From the NCBI RefSeq assembly GCF_002087085.1, contig NZ_MWQY01000011.1, positions 1-64,000 of the forward strand: DNA of 64,000 bases. Reading direction: 5' to 3'. Positions 22,187 to 32,840 of this stretch are shown in pieces. Each line of letters opens with the position of its first letter. The first letter of the stretch is position 1. The translations under genes and the position numbers were made by a program. A model generated the notes under the pieces. That model did no database searches. It was not told the origin of the DNA and was given only the letters and a program-made list of their open reading frames with translations.

Positions 22187-23494
22187 ATGCTTACAGCGGA
22201 ATTAATCAAGAAAAAGCGTGACAACGCCGTTCTGAGTGCGGAGGAGATCCGTTTTCTGATAAACGGCTATGTTTCGGGAGATGTTCCGGATTATCAGATG
22301 GCGGCCCTGCTGATGGCGGTCTGGTTCAACGGCATGAACGCCCAGGAGACCTATGAACTGACCATGGCCATGATGCATTCCGGAGACATGGTGGACCTCT
22401 CGTCCATACCCGGGGTCAAGGTGGACAAGCATTCCACCGGCGGGGTGGCCGACACAACAACTCTTGTGGCTCTGCCCCTGGTTGCCGCCTGCGGGGGAAA
22501 GGTCGCCAAGATGTCGGGACGCGGGCTGGGACATACCGGCGGAACCCTGGACAAGCTGGAATCGATTCCCGGTTTTTCAGTCAGCCAGCCGATGGCGCGT
22601 TTCGTGGAAATAGTCCGTGAGCAGGGGCTTTCGGTCATCGGACAGACCGGCGACCTGGTTCCGGCGGACAAGATGCTCTACGCCCTGCGGGACGTTACCG
22701 CCACCATCGATAATATCAGCCTGATTGCCTCCAGCATCATGAGCAAGAAACTCGCCGCCGGCAGCGATGCCATTGTACTGGATGTCAAGACCGGCAGCGG
22801 TGCTTTCATGAAAAGTGAAGAGGATGCCGTCGCCCTTGCCCGGGCCATGGTGGGAATAGGAAAACGGGCGGGGAAGAGCGTCTCCGCCGTGGTGAGCGAC
22901 ATGAGCCAGCCCCTGGGGGAGGCTGTCGGCAACGCCCTGGAGGTCCGGGAGGCGGTGGAAATCCTGCAGGGGCACCACGGGGACGGGGATCTGGCCCGGG
23001 TTTCCCTGACTCTGGCTGCCAGGATGCTGACGGCTTCGGGTCTCGGCACCGTCGACGAGGCGGAAAAGAAGCTTCAAAATGCCCTGTCCGGCGGTGCGGG
23101 ACTTGAGTCCCTGAAACAGATGATAAGCGCCCAGGGCGGGGACCCTGCGGTCTGCGACGATACCGGCCGCCTTCCCGCTGCAGCCAGGCGTTACTCCATC
23201 GAGGCGACTGCCTCAGGGTATGTGGGTGCCATGGAGACCGACCGGATCGGTATCGCCGCCCTCCTTCTGGGGGCCGGCAGGAGGACCAAGGAGGATAGAA
23301 TCGATCCCGCCGTGGGCATCTGGATGAAGAAACGCCTGGGAGATCCGGTGGAAGAGGGAGAGCCCCTGGCGGATTTCTACGTGAACGACGAGGCAAATCT
23401 GGAAGAGGCGGTGTCCGAGTTTCAGAGAGCCATTAGCATTGAAGAACAGAAACCTGAGCCGCCGAAACTTGTGCGGACTATAATTGAAGAGTAG
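22187..23494 (+). CDS. pdp: Pyrimidine-nucleoside/thymidine phosphorylase
   Basis: DKHSTGGVAD, KMSGRGLGHTGGTLDKLES, SIMSKKLA, DVKTGSGAFMK. Confidence 0.92.
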   Translation: MLTAELIKKKRDNAVLSAEEIRFLINGYVSGDVPDYQMAALLMAVWFNGMNAQETYELTMAMMHSGDMVDLSSIPGVKVDKHSTGGVADTTTLVALPLVAACGGKVAKMSGRGLGHTGGTLDKLESIPGFSVSQPMARFVEIVREQGLSVIGQTGDLVPADKMLYALRDVTATIDNISLIASSIMSKKLAAGSDAIVLDVKTGSGAFMKSEEDAVALARAMVGIGKRAGKSVSAVVSDMSQPLGEAVGNALEVREAVEILQGHHGDGDLARVSLTLAARMLTASGLGTVDEAEKKLQNALSGGAGLESLKQMISAQGGDPAVCDDTGRLPAAARRYSIEATASGYVGAMETDRIGIAALLLGAGRRTKEDRIDPAVGIWMKKRLGDPVEEGEPLADFYVNDEANLEEAVSEFQRAISIEEQKPEPPKLVRTIIEE

Positions 23495-23519
23495 ATAAAC
23501 ACAGAAGGAGAGATATTCC

Positions 23520-24200
23520 ATGACACCCAGAGAGATTGCTTCCATGATTGACCACACCCTGCTCAAGGCCGACGCAGTTCCTGAGCAGATCAGTAAACTC
23601 TGCACCGAAGCCGGAGAGTACGGTTTTGCTTCGGTCTGTATTAATCCCTGCTACGTGCCCCTGGCCGCGAAGGAGCTTGCGGGCTCCGATGTAAAGGTCT
23701 GTACCGTTATCGGTTTTCCCCTGGGGGCCAATACAAGTCAGATCAAGGCCGAGGAGGCCATGCTCGCCGTGGAGCAGGGGGCGTCGGAAGTGGATATGGT
23801 CATGAATATCGGTGCCCTGAAGGCCGGGGATTACGCCCTGGTGGAGTCGGACATTCGCTCGGTGGTACGTGCCGCCGGACGGGCCCTGGTAAAGGTGATT
23901 ATTGAAACCTTCTACCTTTCGGAGGAGGAAAAGATCAAAGCCACTGAGATAGTTGCCAGGTCAGGCGCCGCCTTTGTAAAGACCTCCACCGGTTTTGCCG
24001 GCGGCGGGGCGACCGTGGAGGACGTGCGGCTCATGAAAAAGGCCGCAGGGAACCTGATCCGCGTGAAGGCCGCCGGAGGGGTCAGAAACTATGACGACGC
24101 CCTGGCCATGATCGAGGCCGGGGCCAGCAGAATTGGAACCTCAGGAGGTATCTCCATTGTAGAAGGGGGAAGCAATGCAGGCCCTGGTTCTGGTTATTGA
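23520..24200 (+). CDS. deoC: Deoxyribose-phosphate aldolase
   Basis: IDHTLLK, VIGFPLG, EVDMV, VKTSTGF, KAAGG. Confidence 0.95.
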   Translation: MTPREIASMIDHTLLKADAVPEQISKLCTEAGEYGFASVCINPCYVPLAAKELAGSDVKVCTVIGFPLGANTSQIKAEEAMLAVEQGASEVDMVMNIGALKAGDYALVESDIRSVVRAAGRALVKVIIETFYLSEEEKIKATEIVARSGAAFVKTSTGFAGGGATVEDVRLMKKAAGNLIRVKAAGGVRNYDDALAMIEAGASRIGTSGGISIVEGGSNAGPGSGY

Positions 24201-25365
24201 CAGTTTCGGTATAGGCGAGGCTCCTGATGCCGCTGATTTCGGCGATACAGGGGCAAATACGGCCCTTCACATATGTGAACAGGTATCCCCTGTCCGCTGG
24301 GACAATCTGAAACGCCTGGGCCTGGGGAACGCCTCCGAGCTTCTGGGGAATCCCTTGCCCGGTTGCCCGGCGGTCCCTGATCCCGTCGCCTCCTTCGGGG
24401 TCATGCGCGAGCTCAGCCCGGGAAAGGACACCACCACGGGCCACTGGGAGCTTGCGGGGATACATCTTGAAGAGGCTTTCAGGACCTTTCCCCCGGAGTA
24501 CCCCTCCTTTCCGGCGGAACTTACGGAAGCTCTGGAAAAGAGGAGCGGCCGATCCATTATCGGAAACAGGGCCGCCTCGGGTACGGCGATTATTCAGGAG
24601 CTCGGGGAGGAGCATCTGAAAAGCGGGGCGCTGATCTGCTATACCTCTGCGGATTCGGTCTTTCAGATCGCCGCCCATGAGGAGGTGGTTCCCCTGGAGG
24701 AGCTGTACGAGATCTGTGAGGCTGCACGGGAGCTCTGCGACGGGTATTCCGTGGCCCGGGTCATAGCCCGACCCTTTATGGGAGGGCCCGGAAATTTTAC
24801 CCGGACAAAAAACCGGCGGGATTTTTCCCTGCCCCTGCCGGAAGCGACAATCCTCGATCATCTGCAGGAGAGGGGCGTCCGGACAGTCGGCGTCGGCAAG
24901 ATCGGTGACATCTTCAACGAATCCGGAATTAGCGAGAGTTACCATGACAAGGGCAACGAGGCCTGTCTGGAACGGACTCTGAGCCTGATCAGGGAACGCC
25001 GGGAGGGAGACGACAAGACTTTTATCTTTGTCAATCTGGTGGATACGGACATGATCTACGGCCACCGGCGGGATCCCCGGGGATACCATGATGCTGTGTC
25101 CGGGATCGATTCCGCTCTTCCGGAGATCATGACGGGGATGCAGGAAGGAGACCTTCTCATTGTAAGCGCCGATCACGGCTGTGATCCCACCTTTGCCGGA
25201 ACCGACCATACCAGGGAGTATGTGCCGGTGCTGCTCTATCAGAAGGGAAGAACCGGAAGGTCTCTGGGAATTCGTGAGGGACTGTTTGACTGCGCCCGGA
25301 CCTTGTCGGAGTATTTTAATGTGGAGTCTTACCGGCGGGGACGTTCCATGTTGAGTGACGCCTGA
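24175..25365 (+). CDS. deoB: Phosphopentomutase
   Basis: [50 protein letters not shown]. Confidence 0.94.
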   Translation: MQALVLVIDSFGIGEAPDAADFGDTGANTALHICEQVSPVRWDNLKRLGLGNASELLGNPLPGCPAVPDPVASFGVMRELSPGKDTTTGHWELAGIHLEEAFRTFPPEYPSFPAELTEALEKRSGRSIIGNRAASGTAIIQELGEEHLKSGALICYTSADSVFQIAAHEEVVPLEELYEICEAARELCDGYSVARVIARPFMGGPGNFTRTKNRRDFSLPLPEATILDHLQERGVRTVGVGKIGDIFNESGISESYHDKGNEACLERTLSLIRERREGDDKTFIFVNLVDTDMIYGHRRDPRGYHDAVSGIDSALPEIMTGMQEGDLLIVSADHGCDPTFAGTDHTREYVPVLLYQKGRTGRSLGIREGLFDCARTLSEYFNVESYRRGRSMLSDA

Positions 25366-25457
25366 GTCGGCCCGGATTTTAACTTGCCCTCGTAGTATAT
25401 ATTTTTGTGTGCTACAATAAAGGCAATGTAACAGTCTCGAATAAAGTGAGGGACAAA

Positions 25458-27914
25458 ATGAAACGCAAATTATTAATCTCTATTACAATTTTCACAATTC
25501 TTCTTACCGGTCTTTTTGCCGGAGGAAACAAGGAAGTGCCGGAGGTCCCGGCGGTAACATCGGGGACCCAGTATATTTCTCCCAATGGGGACGGTATTCA
25601 GGATTCGGCGACCCTGCAGTTTACCGCGAAGGTCTATGTCAAAAGCAAGCAGGGCTATATTCCGGAATACGGAATACAGATATTCAACGAGTCGGATACC
25701 CTGGTCCACGAGGTTATCGAGAAAGAACCTTCCGACGTTAACTGGTTTTTCGCCCTGTTCCGGGGCTACGACCTTTTTGAACTGGAGAAGGAGATTACCT
25801 GGAACGGCCGGGACCAGTCGGGAAACCTGGTCCCTGAAGGGGCCTACGATGTCCGGCTGTACGTGCTGGATTCCTCGAAGAACAGGACCGAAACCGATGT
25901 CGACACCTTTATCGTGGATGTGACTCCACCGGAGGCGACGATTACTCCTCCGCCGAACAATATCTTCAGTCCCAACGGGGACGGTGTCGCCGATGTGTAT
26001 ATCCTTCAGCAGGAAGGATCCGAAGAGCTAGAGTGGAAAGGCGTATTTGCCAACGCGGCAGGTGAAGAGGTCCGGACCTTTACCTGGACGGAATCCGCCC
26101 CCGGGGATGTTCTCTGGGACGGGACCGACGACAATGGTACCAAGGCTGATGATGGAGAGTACACCTACACCCTGAACTCCACCGACCGGGCGGGAAACAG
26201 TTCGGAAGACTACGTGGTGGAAGACATTATTCTCAACTCGGCGACCCCGGCCATCGATATGAGCCTGGATGCGACCTATTTCTCCCCCGACGGAGACGGA
26301 CACCAGGACACCATAACTGTAAGCACCACCGTCCAGAATGCCGGGGAGGTCGTACGCTGGACCGGCCGGGTCTTAAGCGACAGTCGGGAGGCTCTTGTCA
26401 GCGTAGGTGGAGAGGGCAGTGTACCCGAGACCTATGTTGTTACCGGCTATGACGATCAGGGCCGCAGAGCCCCGGAAGGCTTCTATACCATATCCTATAC
26501 CGTGACCTATAAAAACGGTTTCTCCACCTCCGCCGAGCGGCGCATACGCCTGGATGTTACAGATCCGAAGGTGGATATCCGCTACGATGATATCTTTTCT
26601 CCCAACGGAGACGGACAGAATGATTTCAACGATATCGCCATAAGCTCTACTGAACCGGTCTCCTGGAGCGGACAGCTTGTCGATGCAAATGGCAATGTCC
26701 TGATGGAAGGTTCGGGCCGGCAGATTATCAATCAGTTCCGCTGGGACGGACGGGGACCCGGCGGGGAGGCGCTGCCCGACGGCAGCTACTTTGCCAAAGG
26801 AGTTTTCACCGACCCTGCGGGAAACCGATACATTCAGGAACCCCTGGAGATCCGTATCGACAATCGGGAGGTGGACATCGCCATGACCACCGGAAAGGTC
26901 CTCTCCCCGAATAATGACGGGGTGGAAGACGTACTGCCGGTGGTCCTGGAGCCGACTATAGATGCTGAAATCGCCAGCTGGAGACTCTCCTTCGAAACGG
27001 AAGCTGGAGACGCCGTCCAGAGCTATTCCGGCGGTGCCGAACTTCCGGACACCCTCTTCTGGGATGGAAGCACTGAATCCGGCCGCCGTGCCGCGGAGGG
27101 GCGCTACAAGGCAAGCCTGCGGGTCGTATACGAGAAGGGCGATATCGTGGAGAAGAAGTCTCCCGCCGTTTACCTGGACATTACTCCACCCAGAATCAAG
27201 CTTGCAGTGGCCTCAGAACCCTTCGCCAGAACCAATGGAGATATTGAAGGCGAGGTGCGGGTTGCCATCGACGTGGAGGACGAGACGGAGATCGCCGAAT
27301 GGAGCATCGATATCCTGAACAGCAGGGGCGAGGTTATCCGCAGCTACGCCGGAACCGGAAACCCGGCTCATCAGATAACCTGGAACGGTACCACCGGCGA
27401 AGGTAAGGTCGCCAATCCCGATGACAGTTATCAGGTGCAGGTCAGCATCGTGGACGTTGGGGGCAACAGATCGGTATATACAGAAGGTCTGCCCTTCGAT
27501 GTAGCCATCATGGTGAAGGACGGGAAGTATTATATTCTCACCCCGAACATCATCTTCGGCGCCTACAAGCATGCCCTTGATTCCGCCGGGGAGGCGATGT
27601 ACAAGCGCAACCAGGAGTCCCTTGACCGGGCGGCTGCAGTTCTGAAGCGCTACCCCGCCTACGACCTGATTCTCGAAGGTCACGCCCTGAATATCTATCT
27701 TGACGGTCCCCGGGAGGATGATGAAGAAGAGATCCTCGGACCTCTGACGGAACGGCGGGCGGCCACGGTACGGGACGCGCTGATTGAGCGGGGAATCCCT
27801 GAGGAGCGGATCAGCACGGAGGCCTTCGGCGGCCAGCACCCCATAGTCTCCGTCCGGGACAAGACGATCTGGTGGAAGAATCGCCGGGTCGAGTTCAGGC
27901 TGGAGAAGGAATAA
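25458..27914 (+). CDS. Exported multi-Ig (FlgD/CHU-like SPNGDG repeats) protein with C-terminal OmpA-like domain
   Basis: Signal peptide LFAGGNKE; five SP(N/D)(G/N)DG modules with W(D/N)G motifs; C-terminal LEGHA...RRAATVRDALIERGI...NRRVEF. Confidence 0.85.
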   Translation: MKRKLLISITIFTILLTGLFAGGNKEVPEVPAVTSGTQYISPNGDGIQDSATLQFTAKVYVKSKQGYIPEYGIQIFNESDTLVHEVIEKEPSDVNWFFALFRGYDLFELEKEITWNGRDQSGNLVPEGAYDVRLYVLDSSKNRTETDVDTFIVDVTPPEATITPPPNNIFSPNGDGVADVYILQQEGSEELEWKGVFANAAGEEVRTFTWTESAPGDVLWDGTDDNGTKADDGEYTYTLNSTDRAGNSSEDYVVEDIILNSATPAIDMSLDATYFSPDGDGHQDTITVSTTVQNAGEVVRWTGRVLSDSREALVSVGGEGSVPETYVVTGYDDQGRRAPEGFYTISYTVTYKNGFSTSAERRIRLDVTDPKVDIRYDDIFSPNGDGQNDFNDIAISSTEPVSWSGQLVDANGNVLMEGSGRQIINQFRWDGRGPGGEALPDGSYFAKGVFTDPAGNRYIQEPLEIRIDNREVDIAMTTGKVLSPNNDGVEDVLPVVLEPTIDAEIASWRLSFETEAGDAVQSYSGGAELPDTLFWDGSTESGRRAAEGRYKASLRVVYEKGDIVEKKSPAVYLDITPPRIKLAVASEPFARTNGDIEGEVRVAIDVEDETEIAEWSIDILNSRGEVIRSYAGTGNPAHQITWNGTTGEGKVANPDDSYQVQVSIVDVGGNRSVYTEGLPFDVAIMVKDGKYYILTPNIIFGAYKHALDSAGEAMYKRNQESLDRAAAVLKRYPAYDLILEGHALNIYLDGPREDDEEEILGPLTERRAATVRDALIERGIPEERISTEAFGGQHPIVSVRDKTIWWKNRRVEFRLEKE

Positions 27915-27919
27915 AGGAA

Positions 27920-27959
27920 GGGCATCTGCAAGAAACCTGCTGGTTTTTTACAGGTGCCC
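27920..27959. terminator. Probable bidirectional terminator hairpin
   Basis: GGGCATCTG...CAGGTGCCC inverted repeat between convergent genes. Confidence 0.5.
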
Positions 27960-27977
27960 GGAATACAGCCGTGTCTA

Positions 27978-29444
27978 TTATTCAGCCCCTTTCCTGTCGA
28001 TTCCGGCAGGAAAGGGGCTTTTTTGCAGCGGAAAGGCCATGGAAAAACGGACGCCTCCCTCGGGGATATTTTCAGCGCTGACCTCTCCGCCGTGGGACTC
28101 CACTACAGCTTTTACCAGGCTCAAGCCCAGTCCCATGCCGGGAACGGTGTTCCCCGGTGCACGATACAGGCGCTCCCAGATTCGGGAGAGCTCCTCCTCC
28201 GGTATCGGGGGGCCCTGGTTTTTCACGGAGAGGTGGAATATGTGTCTCTCCTGCTTCCGGTCCAGGCTGCCGTGGAGGGTGATTTCACTCCCCGGGGGGG
28301 AATACTTTACCGCGTTATCCAGCAGATTTCCCGCGGCCTGGTTGAAACGTGCAGGGTCCACGGACAGAGCTTCCGGGAACTCTCCCTCCAGCTGAAGGGT
28401 AATTTCCCGTTCCGAAGCGACAAACTGGTAGATTTCCATGAGCTTTTCAAGGGACTCCCGGGGATCAATCTTCCGGCGGTTCAGTTTCAGGATTCCCGAT
28501 TCTGCTTCCGAAATGTCCATAACCGCGGTCAGAAGGGTCAGAATGCGCTCCGACTCTTCCAGGGCATCCGAAAGGGCATCATCCTTCCGGTTCAGGTCCG
28601 TACTCTGCAGGGCCAGTTCCGCACTGCTGCGGAGGCGGGTAAGGGGGGTTCTCAGGTCGTGGGCCACCGTGTCCAGGGTCTCCTTCATGCGGCTTATGAG
28701 CCCCTGAATGCGTTCAAGCAGCCGATTGAAGAGGTCCACCAGTTCGTCCATCTCATCGGGACGCGGGACATCCCGGCGCAAGGGGAGCCGGGCGCTCAAG
28801 TCCCCGGTACGGATTATTGAGCCCAGGGCGGCAGAAAGGCGCTTGAGGGGTGCTATGGCCCTGGAGGCGAGAAAAAGCCCCGCAGCGAGACCAAAGAGCA
28901 ATACCAGCAAGAGGAGAAGTAGAAAATTTCGCCGGTACAGCCCCAGAAAGGCCTCCCGCCGTTCGGTGCTCATGCCGACCTGGACGAGATACTCCTGGTC
29001 CAGCTGTATCGTATTCACCTCCAGGGTAAAGTCCATGCGTTCGCTCTGAATCATGAGAAGGGTATCGAAATCCGATATGTCCTGTTCCTCCAGTACTTTC
29101 TGGATGCTGAAGGAGCCCCAGTGTTCCGGATAACTCAGGAAGATTGTATTGTTTGCGGCGGTCGCTACCCGGACAAAGTAGGGCCGTTCATCAAGAATCA
29201 GGCTCTCTGCTTCGAGGCTCTCCACAAGACCGTCCAGGCCGGAGGTCTGATAATGTGCCCAGTAGGAGAGGAGACGCCGCTGAATATAGCCCTCATCTTC
29301 GCCGCGGAGGGAGCGGTAGAGGGTAATGAAGGTTCCTCCGAAAAGGATCCCGGAAGAAAGAATCATGACCAGGAAAAAGATCGTTGCCAGCCGGATGTAG
29401 AGATTCCCCGGCAGGAGCCCCTTATTCTTCAGCTTTGAGGACAT
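27978..29444 (-). CDS. HAMP-containing sensor histidine kinase (CusS/CzcS-like)
   Basis: Two TMs, HAMP, AHDLRTPL, NLLDNAVKYS, GMGLGLS. Confidence 0.9.
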   Translation of the reverse strand: MSSKLKNKGLLPGNLYIRLATIFFLVMILSSGILFGGTFITLYRSLRGEDEGYIQRRLLSYWAHYQTSGLDGLVESLEAESLILDERPYFVRVATAANNTIFLSYPEHWGSFSIQKVLEEQDISDFDTLLMIQSERMDFTLEVNTIQLDQEYLVQVGMSTERREAFLGLYRRNFLLLLLLVLLFGLAAGLFLASRAIAPLKRLSAALGSIIRTGDLSARLPLRRDVPRPDEMDELVDLFNRLLERIQGLISRMKETLDTVAHDLRTPLTRLRSSAELALQSTDLNRKDDALSDALEESERILTLLTAVMDISEAESGILKLNRRKIDPRESLEKLMEIYQFVASEREITLQLEGEFPEALSVDPARFNQAAGNLLDNAVKYSPPGSEITLHGSLDRKQERHIFHLSVKNQGPPIPEEELSRIWERLYRAPGNTVPGMGLGLSLVKAVVESHGGEVSAENIPEGGVRFSMAFPLQKSPFPAGIDRKGAE

Positions 29445-30099
29445 AACCGACCCCCCGTACCGTGTGAATGAGCTTCTGCTCGAAGTCCTTGTCTATTTTA
29501 CTTCGTAATCTGGAAACCAGCACATCCACCACGTTGGTCTGGGGGTCGAAGGAGTAATCCCAGACATGTTCCATAATCATGGTCTTGGATAGCACCTGTC
29601 CCTTGTTGCGGATCAGGTACTCCAACAGGGCGAACTCCCGGGGCTGAAGCTCAATTCTGGTTTCTCCCCTGCTTGCCTGATGACTTACCAGGTCCAGGGT
29701 CAGATCTCCAGCCTGAAAACTGGTGGGGGAACTGCTGCGGGTGGAACGACGAATCAGGGCCTGGATGCGGGCCATGAGCTCGGCAAAGGAGAAGGGTTTT
29801 ACCAGGTAATCGTCTCCCCCGGAGCGGAAACCCGAGACACGGTCGTCCACGTCACGTTTCGCACTCAGTATCAGAATCGGTGTCTGGTTCCCCTCGTTCC
29901 GGAGATTTTCGATCAGGCTGAGTCCGTCGATTCCCGGGAGCATTATATCGATTATTGCCGCGTCGAAATGACGGATTTTCAGGAGATCGTAAGCATCCTC
30001 TCCGCTGCTTACATGATCAACTGCGAATCCGGCTTCCTTGAGTCCTTTTTTCAGGAAATCCGCGATTCCCCTGTCGTCTTCAACCACGCAGATGTTCAT
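29422..30099 (-). CDS. OmpR-family response regulator (CusR/CzcR-like)
   Basis: VVEDD, DIMLPG, DDYLVKPF, TNVVDVLVSRLRSKID, IHTVRGVGY. Confidence 0.92.
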   Translation of the reverse strand: MNICVVEDDRGIADFLKKGLKEAGFAVDHVSSGEDAYDLLKIRHFDAAIIDIMLPGIDGLSLIENLRNEGNQTPILILSAKRDVDDRVSGFRSGGDDYLVKPFSFAELMARIQALIRRSTRSSSPTSFQAGDLTLDLVSHQASRGETRIELQPREFALLEYLIRNKGQVLSKTMIMEHVWDYSFDPQTNVVDVLVSRLRSKIDKDFEQKLIHTVRGVGYVLKAEE

Positions 30100-30205
30100 C
30101 GATTCCTCCCCTGCATACCGATCCCGCTGTCCCCGGACAGGCGCAGCGTATAATCGAAATAACTGGTATTTATCCTCACTTCATTTTACAATAGACTTAA
30201 AGGAC

Positions 30206-31201
30206 ATGGAACTGACAATCCGTATTCCGGACGACTTACATCTTCACCTCAGGCAGGACCGGACCCTGGAGATCTGTGCTCCCCTGAGTGCCGCCGGCTT
30301 TGCCCGGGCCCTGGTTATGCCCAACACCCTGCCGCCGCTGACCAGCCCTGAAGCCCTGCGTCGCTACAGGGAGGAGATAGAGAGTGCAGCCCCGAATCTG
30401 AGCCCCCTTCTGACTTTCAAGATAGTCCCCGGCCTCGATCCTGAGCAGGTGGGGCTCCTTAAACGGGCAGGGGCAGTGGCGGGAAAGTACTACCCCGCCG
30501 GGGCGACCACCAACGCCGAGGACGGCTTCTCCGATATCAAAGGAGCCTTTCCGCTGTTCCACGCCCTGCAGGCGGAGGAGATGGTTCTTTCCATCCATGG
30601 AGAAGACCCGGATGCCCCGGTTTTTCTGCGAGAGGAGGCCTTCCTCTCGCAGGTGCAGACAATAATCGATAACTTTCCCCGCCTCAGGATAGTGCTGGAG
30701 CACCTCTCCTGCAGGGCATCGGTTGAGGCCGTACGGTCCTGGCCGGAGAGGGTGGCAGCGACGATTACCGCTCATCATCTGGCTTTTTCTGTGGAGGACC
30801 TTCTGGGAGGCAGATTGAACCAGAATCTCTTCTGCAAGCCCGTATTGAAGGGAAGGGAAGATCAGAAGGCCCTGATAGAGGCGGTCGTATCCGGGGATAG
30901 CCGGTTCTTCTTCGGTTCCGACAGTGCGCCCCATTCACGGAAGGCAAAAAACGAGGGGGCCGCAGGATCCTTCACCTCCCCCGTGGCACTGCCCCTGCTG
31001 GCCGCTGTATTCAGTCAGGCCGGTAAAATAGACAGGCTTGAGGACTTTACTTCACGCTTTGGTGCGGAGTTCTACCGGCTGCCCCTGAACAGGGAGAAGC
31101 TGAGCCTGCGCCGGGAATCCTGGACGGTTCCCGCTTCCTATGAGGATATCGTTCCCCTCTGCGCCGGCGAAGAGCTGGAATGGCGGGTACTCAGGGCCTG
31201 A
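30206..31201 (+). CDS. pyrC: Dihydroorotase (E. coli-type)
   Basis: DLHLHLR, VMPN, KYYPAGATTN, IHGE, LEHL, FCKPVLK, GSDSAPH. Confidence 0.92.
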   Translation: MELTIRIPDDLHLHLRQDRTLEICAPLSAAGFARALVMPNTLPPLTSPEALRRYREEIESAAPNLSPLLTFKIVPGLDPEQVGLLKRAGAVAGKYYPAGATTNAEDGFSDIKGAFPLFHALQAEEMVLSIHGEDPDAPVFLREEAFLSQVQTIIDNFPRLRIVLEHLSCRASVEAVRSWPERVAATITAHHLAFSVEDLLGGRLNQNLFCKPVLKGREDQKALIEAVVSGDSRFFFGSDSAPHSRKAKNEGAAGSFTSPVALPLLAAVFSQAGKIDRLEDFTSRFGAEFYRLPLNREKLSLRRESWTVPASYEDIVPLCAGEELEWRVLRA

Positions 31202-31931
31202 AGTCCTTACCCGTCAGTTTTTCTATCCCCTCGTCCAGGGATTCGTCACTGTAGTTCAGGTCCTTCCGCTCGTACTGGGGATCGAAACTTCGGGAGTAGT
31301 CAAAGAGTTCCCCCTCCAGTCTGTGGAAACTGTCCTGCTCCATGACCAGGGTCTCCCGGATCCAGCTTTTCCAGTCCTCTCTGGCTTTGCCTCCCAGGTT
31401 TTTCAGTCCCGAGCAGAGGGTCTCCGACGCCATGGCGACAAGTCCCCCAAGATGCCTGAGGCAGACCCCCCGGGATTCGCGATACCGTTTTCGAAACCCC
31501 TGATCGTCGGTTTTCCACAGGTGGACCACCGTAAAATAGTAGCGCTTCATGGTCGCTTCGAGCCGTTCGCAGATGACGCATCCGGAAACCTGGGACTCGA
31601 GTTCTGTGATGGCGGACTCAAGCCTCTTTTTATCGTACTGTCCGATCTTCTCCAGGATTTTTTCCATTCGGAAGGCAGCTTCTGTAAAGCGGGTGTGGGC
31701 CAAAAGACTCAAGGCGTGACGTTCTCCCCGTATTCTGCCCAGGGCCGACCAGTGAGCCCTGCAGAAGCCCCGGGCGTTTACGGTGACCCGGGTCTCCGGA
31801 GCCATGACCGAGCTGCCGAGATAGTACTTCATGTAACCTTCCTCGGCTTTCTGTTCCAGCAGGCAGAAGGGACACTCGCTGTCCGCCTCAAAGGCGTCCC
31901 GGACAGGAATGGTTTCCAGGTTGTATTTCAT
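31191..31931 (-). CDS. Conserved hypothetical protein with two CxxC...CxxH modules (DUF6062-like)
   Basis: CPFC...GFCRAH and CVIC...GVCLRH; C-terminal FDPQY. Confidence 0.7.
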   Translation of the reverse strand: MKYNLETIPVRDAFEADSECPFCLLEQKAEEGYMKYYLGSSVMAPETRVTVNARGFCRAHWSALGRIRGERHALSLLAHTRFTEAAFRMEKILEKIGQYDKKRLESAITELESQVSGCVICERLEATMKRYYFTVVHLWKTDDQGFRKRYRESRGVCLRHLGGLVAMASETLCSGLKNLGGKAREDWKSWIRETLVMEQDSFHRLEGELFDYSRSFDPQYERKDLNYSDESLDEGIEKLTGKDFRP

Positions 31932-32076
31932 CTGTTCAGAAGGGTACGTGGAGACTGGGCTTTCTGCAAGTCCCGATAGGGGGAGTCTCTTTCCGGCAGC
32001 ACTCTTTTCTTAACCCGGTCTTCCTGTTAATCTGGTTTCCGGTCCTTAAAGCCGGACCTGCAAGGAGTTCTGAGTC

Positions 32077-32823
32077 ATGAGATTCCGTCCCTGCATAGAT
32101 CTGCATCAGGGAAAGGTGAAACAGATAATCGGAGGCACCCTCAGTGACGATGGTGCCCAGGAGAATTTCGTCTCCCCCCGGGATGCCGCCTGGTATGCCG
32201 ATCTTTACAAAAGGTACAGACTTGCCGGGGGGCACGTAATCATGCTGGGTCCGGGGAATACCGAAGAGGCTCTGAAGGCGCTGAAGGCCTATCCGGGAGG
32301 GCTGCAGGTGGGCGGCGGGATAGATCCGGAGAATGCAGGCATGTTTCTCGATGCCGGCGCCATGGGAGTTATAGTAACCTCCTGGGTTTTCCGGGAGGGG
32401 CGGATCGACTTTGAACGTCTCGAGGCCATGAAAAAGAAGGTAGGCCGGGAGCGCCTGATTCTCGATTTAAGCTGCCGCCTGAAGGATGGGAGCTACTGGA
32501 TTGTTACCGACCGCTGGAGCCGCTTCACCCTGACACCCCTGAATGCCGAAACCCTTGAACAACTGGGCGATTCCTGCGGAGAGTTCCTGGTTCACGCCGC
32601 GGATGTGGAGGGAAAACAGCAGGGAATCGAGGATCCCGTTGCTGCCCTGCTTGGGGAGGCCTCTCCTGTTCCGGCAACCTATGCCGGGGGTATCAGGAAC
32701 CTGGAGGATATCGATCTGGTCCGGAGCCTGGGAAAGGGAAGGGTCGATTTTACCGTGGGCAGCGCCCTGGATATCTTCGGCGGCTCTCTGCCTTTTTCAA
32801 GCCTGGCCGCCGAATATGCCTGA
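32077..32823 (+). CDS. hisA: ProFAR isomerase, eukaryote-type (HIS6-like) HisA
   Basis: FRPCIDLHQGKVKQIIGGTL, GGHVIMLG, LDLSCR, EFLVHAADVEG, TVGSALDIFGG. Confidence 0.92.
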   Translation: MRFRPCIDLHQGKVKQIIGGTLSDDGAQENFVSPRDAAWYADLYKRYRLAGGHVIMLGPGNTEEALKALKAYPGGLQVGGGIDPENAGMFLDAGAMGVIVTSWVFREGRIDFERLEAMKKKVGRERLILDLSCRLKDGSYWIVTDRWSRFTLTPLNAETLEQLGDSCGEFLVHAADVEGKQQGIEDPVAALLGEASPVPATYAGGIRNLEDIDLVRSLGKGRVDFTVGSALDIFGGSLPFSSLAAEYA

Positions 32824-32840
32824 CTGCAAGGAGATGTTGT

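Noticed and set aside
27978..30099. CusRS/CzcRS-like pair as a metal-resistance locus
   Set aside because: No efflux or metal-binding target genes are adjacent, and the stimulus cannot be read from the sequence.
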